Origin: Burkholderiales bacterium
Lineage (GTDB): Bacteria; Pseudomonadota; Gammaproteobacteria; Burkholderiales; Burkholderiaceae_C
DNA: 64,000 bases
NCBI GenBank assembly: GCA_028868825.1
Contig: JAGWTU010000028.1
Coordinates: 789-64,788 of the forward strand
Reading direction: 5' to 3'
The translations under genes were made by a program, and so were the position numbers. The notes under the pieces were generated by a model. The model saw only the letters and a program-made list of their open reading frames with translations, ran no database searches and had not been told where the DNA came from. Position 1 is the first letter of the stretch; each line of letters starts with the position of its first letter. Below are positions 45,394 to 54,023 of the stretch, piece by piece.

Positions 45394-46320
45394 TCAGCGC
45401 GCGATCTCGGCCCGCACCGCGTCGTCGAGCACGTGGTGCTGCGGCCCGCGCTGCGCGATCTTCAGCGCGCCCATGCGGTTGCCCAGCGCGACGCTGCGTG
45501 CGAGGCTCCAGCCGCGCTCGAGCCCGTAGAGCAGCCCGCCGCGGAAGGCGTCGCCGCAGCCGGTGGGGTCGATGACGCCGGTGGCCGTGATGCCGGGCAC
45601 GGCGCTGCGCTCGCCGCGCACCCAGACCTCGCAGCCTTCGGCCGCCAGCGTGACGACGACGCCACGCAGGTTCGGCCGCCGCGACATCGCCTGCGGCGAT
45701 TCGCCGGTGCGCTCCTCGAGCATGCGCGCCTCGTAGTCGTTGACGGCGACCCAGCTCGCCAGGCCGAGGATCTCGCGGTGCTCCTCGCCGTTGAACTGCG
45801 GCAGCTGCTGGCCCGGGTCGAAGACGAAGGGCACGCCCAGCGCGTGCATGCGGTGCGCGTTCTTCCACATCGCGTCGCGGCCGTCGGGCGCGATGATGCC
45901 GATGCGCAGCGTCGCGGCCAGCGCGGGCGACGGGTCGGCGATGAGGTGCGCATGCGTCATCGCGCCGGGGTGGAAGGCGGTGATCTGGTTGTTGTCGCGG
46001 TCGGTGATGATGATCGCCTGCGCCGTGTGCAGATCGGGGTCGACGCGCACGAGCGAGGTCTCGGCGCCCCAGCTCTTCATGCGCGCGAGGTAGTCGGCGC
46101 CATCGGTGCCCATCGCCGCCATCACGACCGGATCGCCGCCGAGCAGGTGCAGCGTGTAGGCGATGTTGCCGGCGCAGCCGCCGAACTCGCGCCGCAGCGT
46201 CGGCACCAGGAACGAGACGTTCAGGATATGGACCTGGTCGGGCAGGATCTGGTCGGCGAAGCGGCCAGGAAACGTCGTGATGGTGTCGAAGGCGAGTGAA
46301 CCGCAGATCAGGGCCGGCAT
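45394..46320 (-). CDS. PfkB family carbohydrate/nucleoside kinase (adenosine kinase-like)
   Basis: GGCAGNIAYTL near the N-terminus and DPTGCGDAFRGGLLYGL, the PfkB signature 2. Confidence 0.8.
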   Translation of the reverse strand: MPALICGSLAFDTITTFPGRFADQILPDQVHILNVSFLVPTLRREFGGCAGNIAYTLHLLGGDPVVMAAMGTDGADYLARMKSWGAETSLVRVDPDLHTAQAIIITDRDNNQITAFHPGAMTHAHLIADPSPALAATLRIGIIAPDGRDAMWKNAHRMHALGVPFVFDPGQQLPQFNGEEHREILGLASWVAVNDYEARMLEERTGESPQAMSRRPNLRGVVVTLAAEGCEVWVRGERSAVPGITATGVIDPTGCGDAFRGGLLYGLERGWSLARSVALGNRMGALKIAQRGPQHHVLDDAVRAEIAR

Positions 46321-46344
46321 GGGCGGGGGCTTTCAGGCAGGGGG

Positions 46345-47298
46345 TCAGGGGTAGAACAGTTCGACCGTGTAGCCGGCCACCGGATCGGTGGCCGCCTGCA
46401 GGGTGGCCTGCAGCGCAAGTTCGCGGCCGGCGGCCAGCGTCTGGCGCGGGGCGCCGAGCTCGGCCGACGTCAGCACGCGCCGCGCCAGCAGCTTGCCCTG
46501 GCTGTCGGTGAGCGCGAGGTCGATCGCCGGCAGCAGCAGTTCGATGTCGTCGCGGTTGTGCAGCGTGACCGAGAGCCTGTAGAGGTTCGACTTCTCGACG
46601 CGCACGAGTCCGCTGCTGTCGACCGCCATCTTCTCGATCGCGCGCACGGCGCCGACACTGCAGGCCAGCGGCTGGCAGGCGGCGGCGAGCAACGGCCGCA
46701 GCGCCGGCTCGCGCGCGGCGATCGCGTCGCGATACACGTAAGTGGCCTGGGCGCCGAGGGTGAGCAGCAGCACCAGCGCCGCCAGCGCCAGCGCGGCGCG
46801 CACGCCGGGGCGGCGCCAGCGCTCGGCGCGCTCGGCGCGGCGCACGAAGGAGGGGCGGTCGGCGGGGTCGACGCTGGGCTCGGCATCGTCGGCGTCCGTG
46901 GCGCTGATGTCGGGTTCGTCCTCGGGCTCGGGCGCGGGCTCGCGCGACAGCGCGGCGGCGGGTGCTGGCGCGGGCGGCGGCGCGCTCGCCGGTTCGGGGT
47001 TCTCGAAGGGCGGGTCGCGGTCGCCGGCGGCCGCTGCGGTGCCTTCGGGCGCCGGCCGCGAATGGACGAAGGCCTGCTGGAATTCGGCCGCCGTCGGCGA
47101 AGGCGCGGCGTCGGGTGCGCGCGGCGGCATCGACACGCGCCGCGGCTGGCCGGTCTCGAGGTCGACGAGGCTCGCGCTGGCGTCGAAGACCTCGGCGCAG
47201 CGGCCGCAGCGCACCCAGCCTTCGGAGACGCGCAACTGGTCCGGCACGACCCGGAACACGGTGTCGCAGGCGGGGCAGCGGGTCGCGAGTCCGGCCAT
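46345..47298 (-). CDS. Zinc-ribbon (MJ0042-type) plus DUF3426 domain protein
   Basis: MAGLATRCPACDTVFRVVPDQLRVSEGWVRCGRCAEVFDA, an Ala/Pro-rich linker, one TM segment and a C-terminal beta-rich domain. Conserved position next to prmA. Confidence 0.75.
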   Translation of the reverse strand: MAGLATRCPACDTVFRVVPDQLRVSEGWVRCGRCAEVFDASASLVDLETGQPRRVSMPPRAPDAAPSPTAAEFQQAFVHSRPAPEGTAAAAGDRDPPFENPEPASAPPPAPAPAAALSREPAPEPEDEPDISATDADDAEPSVDPADRPSFVRRAERAERWRRPGVRAALALAALVLLLTLGAQATYVYRDAIAAREPALRPLLAAACQPLACSVGAVRAIEKMAVDSSGLVRVEKSNLYRLSVTLHNRDDIELLLPAIDLALTDSQGKLLARRVLTSAELGAPRQTLAAGRELALQATLQAATDPVAGYTVELFYP

Positions 47299-48194
47299 CA
47301 GTGCAGGGCGCGCCGCGCCGTCATCAGGATCCAGCCCTCGTCGCGGTCGGCGACGTCGAGCGCGAGCCGGCCGGCATAGGCCGCCTTCAGCTCGTCGGCC
47401 TGGCGCTCGAGGATGCCGGCGAGCACGAGCCGGCCGCCCGGCGCGACATGGGCGCACAGCAGCGGCGCCAGCAGCTTCAGCGGCGTGGCCAGGATGTTGG
47501 CGAGCACGAGGTCGTATTCACCGTGCGCGGCGTCGGGCAGCGCCGGCGTCAGCGTCGTCGCGGCGACGCCGTTGCGCGCCGCGTTCTCGCGCGTGGCCTG
47601 CACGGCCGCGGGGTCGATGTCGACGGCGTCGATGCGCGCCGCGCCGTGCAGCGCGGCGCCGATGGCGAGGATGCCCGAGCCGCAGCCGTAGTCGAGCACG
47701 CGCGCGAACGGTGCCGGCGCGGCGGCGATCCAGCGCAGGCACATGCGCGTCGTCGGATGCGTGCCGGTGCCGAAGGCCAGACCCGGGTCGAGCCGGATCA
47801 CGCGCGTCGCGGCGGCCGGCGGCTCGTGCCAGCTCGGCACGATCCAGAACCCGGGCGTGATCGCCACCGGCGCGAACTGCGACTGCGTCAGCCGCACCCA
47901 GTCCTGGTCGGCGAGCTCGGCCAGCGACTGCAGGTGCAGCGGCCAGCCGCGCGCCAGCAGCGCGACGGCGGCGGCGTCGGCGCCGGCCTCGTTCTCGAAC
48001 AGCGCCTTGATCGTCGAGCGCTCCCAGCCCGGCGCCGGCGGCGGCATGCCGGGCTCGCCGAACAGCGGCCGTTCTTCGCCGCTGTCGGCGTCGGCGTCCT
48101 CGACCGAGACCGAGAGTGCGCCCTGCTCGTCGATGAGCGCATCCGAGACCGCCTCGACGAGCGATTGCGGCGCGCGCAGCACGAGCTCGAACAT
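47298..48194 (-). CDS. prmA: Ribosomal protein L11 methyltransferase
   Basis: Start at [12 protein letters not shown]. Contains FGTGTHPTTRMCL and VLDYGCGSGILAI. It follows accBC. Confidence 0.9.
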   Translation of the reverse strand: MFELVLRAPQSLVEAVSDALIDEQGALSVSVEDADADSGEERPLFGEPGMPPPAPGWERSTIKALFENEAGADAAAVALLARGWPLHLQSLAELADQDWVRLTQSQFAPVAITPGFWIVPSWHEPPAAATRVIRLDPGLAFGTGTHPTTRMCLRWIAAAPAPFARVLDYGCGSGILAIGAALHGAARIDAVDIDPAAVQATRENAARNGVAATTLTPALPDAAHGEYDLVLANILATPLKLLAPLLCAHVAPGGRLVLAGILERQADELKAAYAGRLALDVADRDEGWILMTARRALH

Positions 48195-49543
48195 CAGCGC
48201 TTTCTCTGGCCGAGCCAGCCTTCGAGGTAATGGATGCTGGTGCCGCCCTCGATGAACTTCGCGTCGGCCATGAGTTCGCGGTGCAGCGCGATGTTCGTGT
48301 GGATGCCCTCGACGACGGTCTCGGACAGCGCCGTGCGCATGCGCGCCAGCGCCTGGTCGCGCGTGTCGCCGTGGCAGATGATCTTGCCGATCATCGAATC
48401 GTAGTTCGGCGGCACGTAGTAGTTCGTGTAGGCATGCGAGTCGACGCGCACGCCGGGCCCGCCCGGCGCGTGCCACAGCGTGATGCGCCCCGGCGACGGC
48501 GTGAACTTGTACGGGTCCTCGGCGTTGACGCGGCATTCGATCGCGTGGCCGCGCAGCTGGATCTGGCGCTGCGTGAACGGCAGCTTCTCGCCCGCGGCGA
48601 CGCGGATCTGCATCTGCACGATGTCGATGCCGGTGACCATCTCGGTCACCGGATGCTCGACCTGCACGCGCGTGTTCATCTCGATGAAATAGAACTCGCC
48701 GTCCTCGTAGAGGAATTCGAAGGTGCCGGCGCCGCGGTAGCCGATCTTCTTGCAGGCGGCGGCGCAGCGGTCGCCGATGCGCTCGATGACGCGGCGCGGG
48801 ATGCCGGGGGCGGGCGCCTCCTCGATGATCTTCTGGTGCCGGCGCTGCATCGAGCAGTCGCGCTCGCCGAGCCAGACGGCGTTCTTCTGCTGGTCGGCGA
48901 GGATCTGGATCTCGATGTGGCGCGGATGCTCGAGGAACTTCTCCATGTAGACGGCGGCGTTGCCGAAGGCCGCGCCGGCCTCGGCGCGCGTCGTCTGCAC
49001 GGCGTGGATCAGCGCCGCCTCGGTGTGGACGACGCGCATGCCGCGCCCGCCGCCGCCGCCGGCGGCCTTGATGATCACCGGGTAGCCGACGGTGCGGGCG
49101 ATGCGGATGATCTCCTTCGGATCGTCGGGCAGCGCGCCCTCGCTGCCGGGGACGCAGGGCACGCCGCTCTTGATCATCGCCTGCTTGGCCGAGACCTTGT
49201 CGCCCATCAGGCGGATCGATTCCGGGCTCGGGCCGATGAAGACGAAACCGCTCTTCTCGACGCGCTCGGCGAAATCGGCGTTCTCGCTGAGGAAGCCATA
49301 GCCGGGGTGGATGGCCTCGGCGTCGGTGACCTCGGCCGTCGAGATGATCGCCGGCATGTTGAGGTAGCTGAGGTTGGACGCCGCGGGGCCGATGCAGACG
49401 GCCTCGTCGGCGAGCTTGACGTACTTGGCTTCGCGGTCGGCCTCGGAATAGACGATGACCGACTTGATGCCGAGCTCGCGGCAGGCGCGCTGGATGCGCA
49501 GGGCGATCTCGCCGCGGTTGGCTATGAGGATCTTCTTGAACAC
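48194..49543 (-). CDS. accC: Acetyl-CoA carboxylase biotin carboxylase subunit
   Basis: GTG start giving (M)[16 protein letters not shown]. Contains [20 protein letters not shown] and [15 protein letters not shown]. Confidence 0.95.
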   Translation of the reverse strand: MFKKILIANRGEIALRIQRACRELGIKSVIVYSEADREAKYVKLADEAVCIGPAASNLSYLNMPAIISTAEVTDAEAIHPGYGFLSENADFAERVEKSGFVFIGPSPESIRLMGDKVSAKQAMIKSGVPCVPGSEGALPDDPKEIIRIARTVGYPVIIKAAGGGGGRGMRVVHTEAALIHAVQTTRAEAGAAFGNAAVYMEKFLEHPRHIEIQILADQQKNAVWLGERDCSMQRRHQKIIEEAPAPGIPRRVIERIGDRCAAACKKIGYRGAGTFEFLYEDGEFYFIEMNTRVQVEHPVTEMVTGIDIVQMQIRVAAGEKLPFTQRQIQLRGHAIECRVNAEDPYKFTPSPGRITLWHAPGGPGVRVDSHAYTNYYVPPNYDSMIGKIICHGDTRDQALARMRTALSETVVEGIHTNIALHRELMADAKFIEGGTSIHYLEGWLGQRKR

Positions 49544-49554
49544 GGGCGAGCGGC

Positions 49555-50004
49555 CTATTCGACGATGAACAGCGGCTGGCCGAACTCCACCGCCTGGCCG
49601 TTCTCGCACAGGATGCGCAGGATCTTGCCTTCGCAGTCGGACTCGATCTCGTTCATGATCTTCATCGCCTCGATGATGCAGACCGGTTCGCCTTCCTTGA
49701 CCTGGTCGCCGATGTCGACGAAGGGCTTGGCGCCGGGGCTGGCGGCGCGGTAGAAGGTGCCGACCATCGGCGACTTGATCATGCGGCCCTCGGCCACCGG
49801 TTCGGCCACGGCCTCGGGGGCGGCGGCTGCGGCGGCGGGTGCCGCGAGCGGCGCCGCGGCGGTCGAGTAGGTCGGCATCGGCGGCGCCGATGCGACACCG
49901 CCCTTGACGATGCGGACCTTGCCTTCGGCCTCGGTGATCTCGAGTTCGGAGATGTTCGATTCGGAGACGAGGTCGATCAGGGTCTTGAGTTTTCTGAGGT
50001 CCAT
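49555..50004 (-). CDS. accB: Acetyl-CoA carboxylase biotin carboxyl carrier protein
   Basis: [23 protein letters not shown] and the biotinylation motif [13 protein letters not shown]. Confidence 0.95.
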   Translation of the reverse strand: MDLRKLKTLIDLVSESNISELEITEAEGKVRIVKGGVASAPPMPTYSTAAAPLAAPAAAAAAPEAVAEPVAEGRMIKSPMVGTFYRAASPGAKPFVDIGDQVKEGEPVCIIEAMKIMNEIESDCEGKILRILCENGQAVEFGQPLFIVE

Positions 50005-50041
50005 CTTCGCGGGTCCTGTGTTGGGTGCCGAGGCTGCATCG

Positions 50042-50065
50042 GCCTCGATCGCGCGCGATCGAGGC
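50042..50065 (-). promoter_or_regulatory. 24-nt perfect palindrome in the accB leader
   Basis: GCCTCGATCGCG|CGCGATCGAGGC lies 38-61 nt upstream of the accB ATG and is flanked by further TCGATCGA-type palindromic sequence. Confidence 0.3.
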
Positions 50066-50245
50066 GGTATTGTTCGTCGATCGACCTCGATGCGCTGCAA
50101 AATGGCCGGGTTAGCCGTGTCTTGCGCGGGTGCCTCCCAAGATCACCCTGTCTGCATTCGGAGGCTGGACTTTACGCTTTTTAGAGACCGTTGAAGGCGG
50201 CATTGCGTAGATAGAGGCGAAATTCTGGATTTTTGCGGATTCGGA

Positions 50246-50764
50246 TCAATTGCCTCGGGTCCAGCCCTCGAGTTCATCGAAACTCGTCGGTCCCAGCCGC
50301 TGGTGGGTGACGACGCCGTCGGTCGAAATCAGCACGGTGTAGGGCAGGGCGCCAGCCGTGTTGCCGAGCTTGCGGGCGATTTCGGCACCTTCGAATCCGG
50401 CCACGGCGATGGTATAGCCCACGGGCCGCGTCGCCAAGAACTCGCGCACCGGCTTGGGATTGTCGACGGCGACGCCGACGACGACGCCGCCGCGGGCCGC
50501 GAAGGCGCGCGACCAGCGGTCGATCTCGGGCATCTCCTTGACGCAGGGCGGGCACCAGGTGGCCCAGAAGTTCAGCACCAGCGGCTTGCCGCGCAGCGCG
50601 GCCAGCGCCAGCGGCGTGCCGTCGGGGTTCTTCAGCGGCGCCTGCCAGAAGGCGGCGGTGGCGCTGCTGTCAACCGGCGCGGCCAGGCCGCGCAGGCGCC
50701 AGGCGGCGCCGGCGGCGAGCGCCGCCGCGCCGCCGCCGAGGTAGATCCAATGGCGTCGGTTCAT
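50246..50764 (-). CDS. TlpA family thiol:disulfide interchange protein (periplasmic thioredoxin-like)
   Basis: Signal/anchor WIYLGGGAAALAAGAAW and the redox motif LNFWATWCPPCVKEMPE. Confidence 0.8.
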   Translation of the reverse strand: MNRRHWIYLGGGAAALAAGAAWRLRGLAAPVDSSATAAFWQAPLKNPDGTPLALAALRGKPLVLNFWATWCPPCVKEMPEIDRWSRAFAARGGVVVGVAVDNPKPVREFLATRPVGYTIAVAGFEGAEIARKLGNTAGALPYTVLISTDGVVTHQRLGPTSFDELEGWTRGN

Positions 50765-50842
50765 TTCGGTACCGCGCGGCCGTTCCGAAGGTACTGGGCG
50801 CCCCCTTTGGGGCTGCGAACGAAGTGAGCTTGGGGTTTCATG

Positions 50843-51466
50843 TCAGTCCTGGTGGGCGCCGCCTGCGGCGCCGTCTTCGGTGTCGTCCTGGGCGATGACG
50901 CGGCGCAGCGCCGCCGCGTCGCCGCGCCAGCTGCGACCGCGCGCGTCGGGCTTGAGGGCGCCGCGCTGTTCGTCGGCGTCGTGCAGCAGCAGGTGCAGTG
51001 TCACCGTCTCGCCCAGGGCGGGGCAGGGGGCAGCCAGCGTCAGCAGCGGCAGCGGCTCGCGGCGGCCGGGGCGGTCGAGCCCGGCGCCGTCGTAATCGAC
51101 GCCGGCGTTGACGAGCGCGATCTCCGGCGCCTTGCTGTCGTCGCAATACAGGTCCAGGTGCAGCGCCGACAGCCTCGTGGCCGTGCCGCGCCAGGCGGCG
51201 CCCGAGAGATGCGGGCGGAACTCGGCCAGCCGCGCCATCCAGACCAGCGCCAGCTCGCGCAGCGCGCGCAGCTCGGCCGGCTGGGTGTCGGCGTGGAAGA
51301 GGGCGATGTGCTCGCGCACCGCGTCCTCGACCTCCTCGTTGCCGGGCAGCGCGACGCGGGGGCCGAAGTCGCGTGCCGCGCGGCGCTTCGCGGCCGCGTA
51401 TTCCATGCCCTCGTCGACGACGAGGCGGGCGGCGACGGCGGCGATCTCGGCGCTGGGGTTCATCAT
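50843..51466 (-). CDS. Conserved hypothetical protein
   Basis: 207-aa ORF with normal amino-acid composition, packed tightly between mtgA and the tlpA-like gene. I recognised no motif. Confidence 0.45.
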   Translation of the reverse strand: MMNPSAEIAAVAARLVVDEGMEYAAAKRRAARDFGPRVALPGNEEVEDAVREHIALFHADTQPAELRALRELALVWMARLAEFRPHLSGAAWRGTATRLSALHLDLYCDDSKAPEIALVNAGVDYDGAGLDRPGRREPLPLLTLAAPCPALGETVTLHLLLHDADEQRGALKPDARGRSWRGDAAALRRVIAQDDTEDGAAGGAHQD

Positions 51467-51484
51467 CGTTCGATCATCGCGGAT

Positions 51485-52258
51485 TCAGGGCAGGTCGACC
51501 GCGCCCATGCGCGCGACGATGGTCGAGGCGCGGCCGACGACATAGGCCGAATCCGGGTTCTTCTCGAAACGCTTGGGCGCCGGCAGCATCACCGCCAGCC
51601 GCGCCGCCTGTTCGGCGCCGAGGCGGCTGGCGTCGATGTGGAAGTAATGGCGCGCGGCGGCCTGGGCGCCGAACAGGCCCTCGCCCCATTCGACGTTGTC
51701 GAGATAGATCTCGAGGATGCGCGACTTGCCCAGGATGGCCTCGAGCGCATAGGCCAGCAGCAGTTCCTGGCCCTTGCGCAGCACCGTGCGCTCGCCCGAG
51801 AGGAAGAGGTTCTTCGCCAGCTGCTGCGTGATCGTCGAGCCGCCGACGACCTTCACCGGCGGCGGCGGCCGCCCGGCGCGGCTGCGCACCGGGCGCTGCA
51901 CGGCGCGTTGTTGTGCACGTTCTTCGGCGCGCTCGTTGCGCGTCCAGGCCTTCTCGATCGCGTCCCATTCGACGCCGTCGTGGTCGACGAAGCCGGCGTC
52001 CTCGCTGGCGACGACGGCGCGCGCCAGGTTGGTCGAGATGCGCGACATCGGCACCGCGTCCTGGCTCCAGGCGATCTCGTGCTTGGTCACGAGCAGACGG
52101 GCGATCTCGCTGCGCTGGAAGGTGGTCGACTCGGGCATCACGACCTTCATCAGCGCGATGCGCAGCAAGAAGACGAGTTCGAGCGCGACCGCGCACAGCG
52201 CGAGCAGCGCCAGCGGGCGCAGCGCGCGCCGGCGCCAGGTCGCGGCTGCCACGGCCAT
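51485..52258 (-). CDS. mtgA: Monofunctional biosynthetic peptidoglycan transglycosylase
   Basis: Start at MAVAAATWRRR with a TM anchor. GT51 motifs AVVASEDAGFVDHDGVEW, GGSTITQQLAKNLFL, RKGQELLLAYALE. Confidence 0.9.
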   Translation of the reverse strand: MAVAAATWRRRALRPLALLALCAVALELVFLLRIALMKVVMPESTTFQRSEIARLLVTKHEIAWSQDAVPMSRISTNLARAVVASEDAGFVDHDGVEWDAIEKAWTRNERAEERAQQRAVQRPVRSRAGRPPPPVKVVGGSTITQQLAKNLFLSGERTVLRKGQELLLAYALEAILGKSRILEIYLDNVEWGEGLFGAQAAARHYFHIDASRLGAEQAARLAVMLPAPKRFEKNPDSAYVVGRASTIVARMGAVDLP

Positions 52259-53160
52259 CACTTCGCGGCGGCGGCCATCTGCGCGCGCAGCGACGCCAGC
52301 ACCGGCGCGGTGCGCGGCATCACGCCGCGCCAGGCGTGGAAGGCCTCGGCCGCCTGCTCGACGAGCATGCCCAGCCCGTCGCGCGCTTCGGCGCCGGCCG
52401 CGCGCGCCCAGGCCAGGAACGGCTCGGCGGCGGCACCGTACATCAGGTCGACGGCGAGCGCGCCGCTCGCCAGCACCGACGCCGGCACCGGCGCGGCGAC
52501 GCCGGCGAGGCTGCTGGCGCTGGCGTTCACGACGATGTCGTAGCCGCGGCCCGGATCGTCGAGCGTGCGCGCCGCCAGCGGCACGCCCTGTTCGGCGGCC
52601 CAGCCGGCGTGCGATGCGACGAGGGCCTGCGCCTTCGCCGCCGTGCGGTTGACGACGACGAGCCGCGACGGCCGCGCCGCCAGCAGCGGGCCCAGCACGC
52701 CGGCGGCGGCGCCGCCGGCGCCGATGAGCAGCAGCGCGCGGCCGGCGATCGGCAGCCCGGCGCCCTGTTCGATGTCGCGCACGAGGCCGATGCCGTCGCT
52801 GTTGTCGGCCCACCAGCCCTCGGCATCGAAGCGCAGCACGTTGGCGGCGCCGGCGCGCTCGGCGCGGTCGCTGCGGCGCGCCGCGAGCAGCCAGGCCTCG
52901 TGCTTGAAGGGCACGGTGACGTTGCAGCCGCGCGCGCCGCCGGCGGCGAAGGCGCGCACGCCGGCCTCGAAACCGTCGAGCGGGCACAGCAGCCGCGTGT
53001 ATTCGATCGCCGCGCCGGTCTGGCGCGCGAATTCGGCGTGGATCGCCGGGCTGCGGCTGTGGGCGACGGGGTTGCCGAGGACGGCGTAGCGGTCGACCGC
53101 GAGGGCGTCGCGGTCGGTGCCGTCGGTGCGGGGGGCGGGGGCGGTCGGAGCGGGATTCAT
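52258..53160 (-). CDS. aroE: Shikimate dehydrogenase
   Basis: Start at MNPAPTAP. Contains YAVLGNPVAHSRSPAIH, GCNVTVPFK, LLIGAGGAAAG. The upstream 828 aa of the listed ORF are a run-on artefact. Confidence 0.9.
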   Translation of the reverse strand: MNPAPTAPAPRTDGTDRDALAVDRYAVLGNPVAHSRSPAIHAEFARQTGAAIEYTRLLCPLDGFEAGVRAFAAGGARGCNVTVPFKHEAWLLAARRSDRAERAGAANVLRFDAEGWWADNSDGIGLVRDIEQGAGLPIAGRALLLIGAGGAAAGVLGPLLAARPSRLVVVNRTAAKAQALVASHAGWAAEQGVPLAARTLDDPGRGYDIVVNASASSLAGVAAPVPASVLASGALAVDLMYGAAAEPFLAWARAAGAEARDGLGMLVEQAAEAFHAWRGVMPRTAPVLASLRAQMAAAAK

Positions 53161-54014
53161 CGGGTGCCGATCTGGGTGGTTTCGAGTCCCTCGTCGCGCG
53201 TGAAGCGAAAGCGCGAGGTGACGACGATCTGGTCGGCCTGCGCGCGCATCGCGGCGCTGAAGGGGCCGAAGGGGGCGGCGGCGTGGACGATGGCCACCGC
53301 CTGCTGGTCGAGCAGGTGCGACTTGGACGGGCGCACGATCTCGGCGTCGACGACGCGGCCGGCGGCGTCGACGGTGACGTTCATCGTCAGCTCGCCGTAG
53401 AGCTTGTGCCCCTGCCATTCGGGGAAGTTGCGCGTGCCGCGGTCCTCGATGCGACGGCGCAGCCCGTCGTAGTACAGCGCATAGACGGCCTCGCGCGTGG
53501 CCGGGCTGATGTAGCGCTTCTTGGGCCGCGCGTTCTCGTCGTTGATGCGCTTCTCGATCTCGGCCAGCAGCCGCAGCAGCTGGCGCCGGCGCTCCTCCTG
53601 GTCGCGCTCGAGCGGCGTGCCGGTGTCGCGCCGCGGGTCGGGCGGCGGCAGCGCGGCGATCTCGCGCCGGATCTGCGCCAGCAACTGCTGCTGCTGCTCC
53701 TGCAGTGCGTCGATGCGGCGGTGCGCGTCCTCGGCCGCGTCGCCCGGCCGCGCCAGCGCCTCCATCGGCAGCGGCGAGGTCGCGCGGCCGCGCTGCGCCT
53801 CGCCGCCGCCGGCCAGGCTGGCCTGCGCGATCGCCTGCGCCTGGTCGGGTGCCTCGGCGGTCTTGGCGTTGACGAGGATGACCTCGAGCGGCGCGTCGCG
53901 GAAGGCGCGCTCGATGCGCCCGGGCCCGACGACATGGACGAGCAGCAGCGCGCCATGGAACGCCGCCGACGCGAGCAGCGCCCATTGCAGCGTCGACAGC
54001 TCGCGCCAGCGCAT
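53157..54014 (-). CDS. TonB family (energy transducer C-terminal domain) protein
   Basis: N-terminal TM LQWALLASAAFHGALLLV, a charged coiled linker, and the TonB_C-like GELTMNVTVDAAGRVVDAEIVRPSKSHLLDQQAVAIV. ATGA overlap with aroE. Confidence 0.7.
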   Translation of the reverse strand: MRWRELSTLQWALLASAAFHGALLLVHVVGPGRIERAFRDAPLEVILVNAKTAEAPDQAQAIAQASLAGGGEAQRGRATSPLPMEALARPGDAAEDAHRRIDALQEQQQQLLAQIRREIAALPPPDPRRDTGTPLERDQEERRRQLLRLLAEIEKRINDENARPKKRYISPATREAVYALYYDGLRRRIEDRGTRNFPEWQGHKLYGELTMNVTVDAAGRVVDAEIVRPSKSHLLDQQAVAIVHAAAPFGPFSAAMRAQADQIVVTSRFRFTRDEGLETTQIGTR

Positions 54015-54023
54015 CGCCGCGGA

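Noticed and set aside
46345-47298. Ala/Pro-rich low-complexity stretches in the DUF3426 protein, the RlpA-like protein (39400-39600) and lipoprotein tails, considered as possible functional DNA repeats
   Set aside because: These are compositionally biased linkers typical of high-GC periplasmic proteins. I could not see a regular repeat unit.
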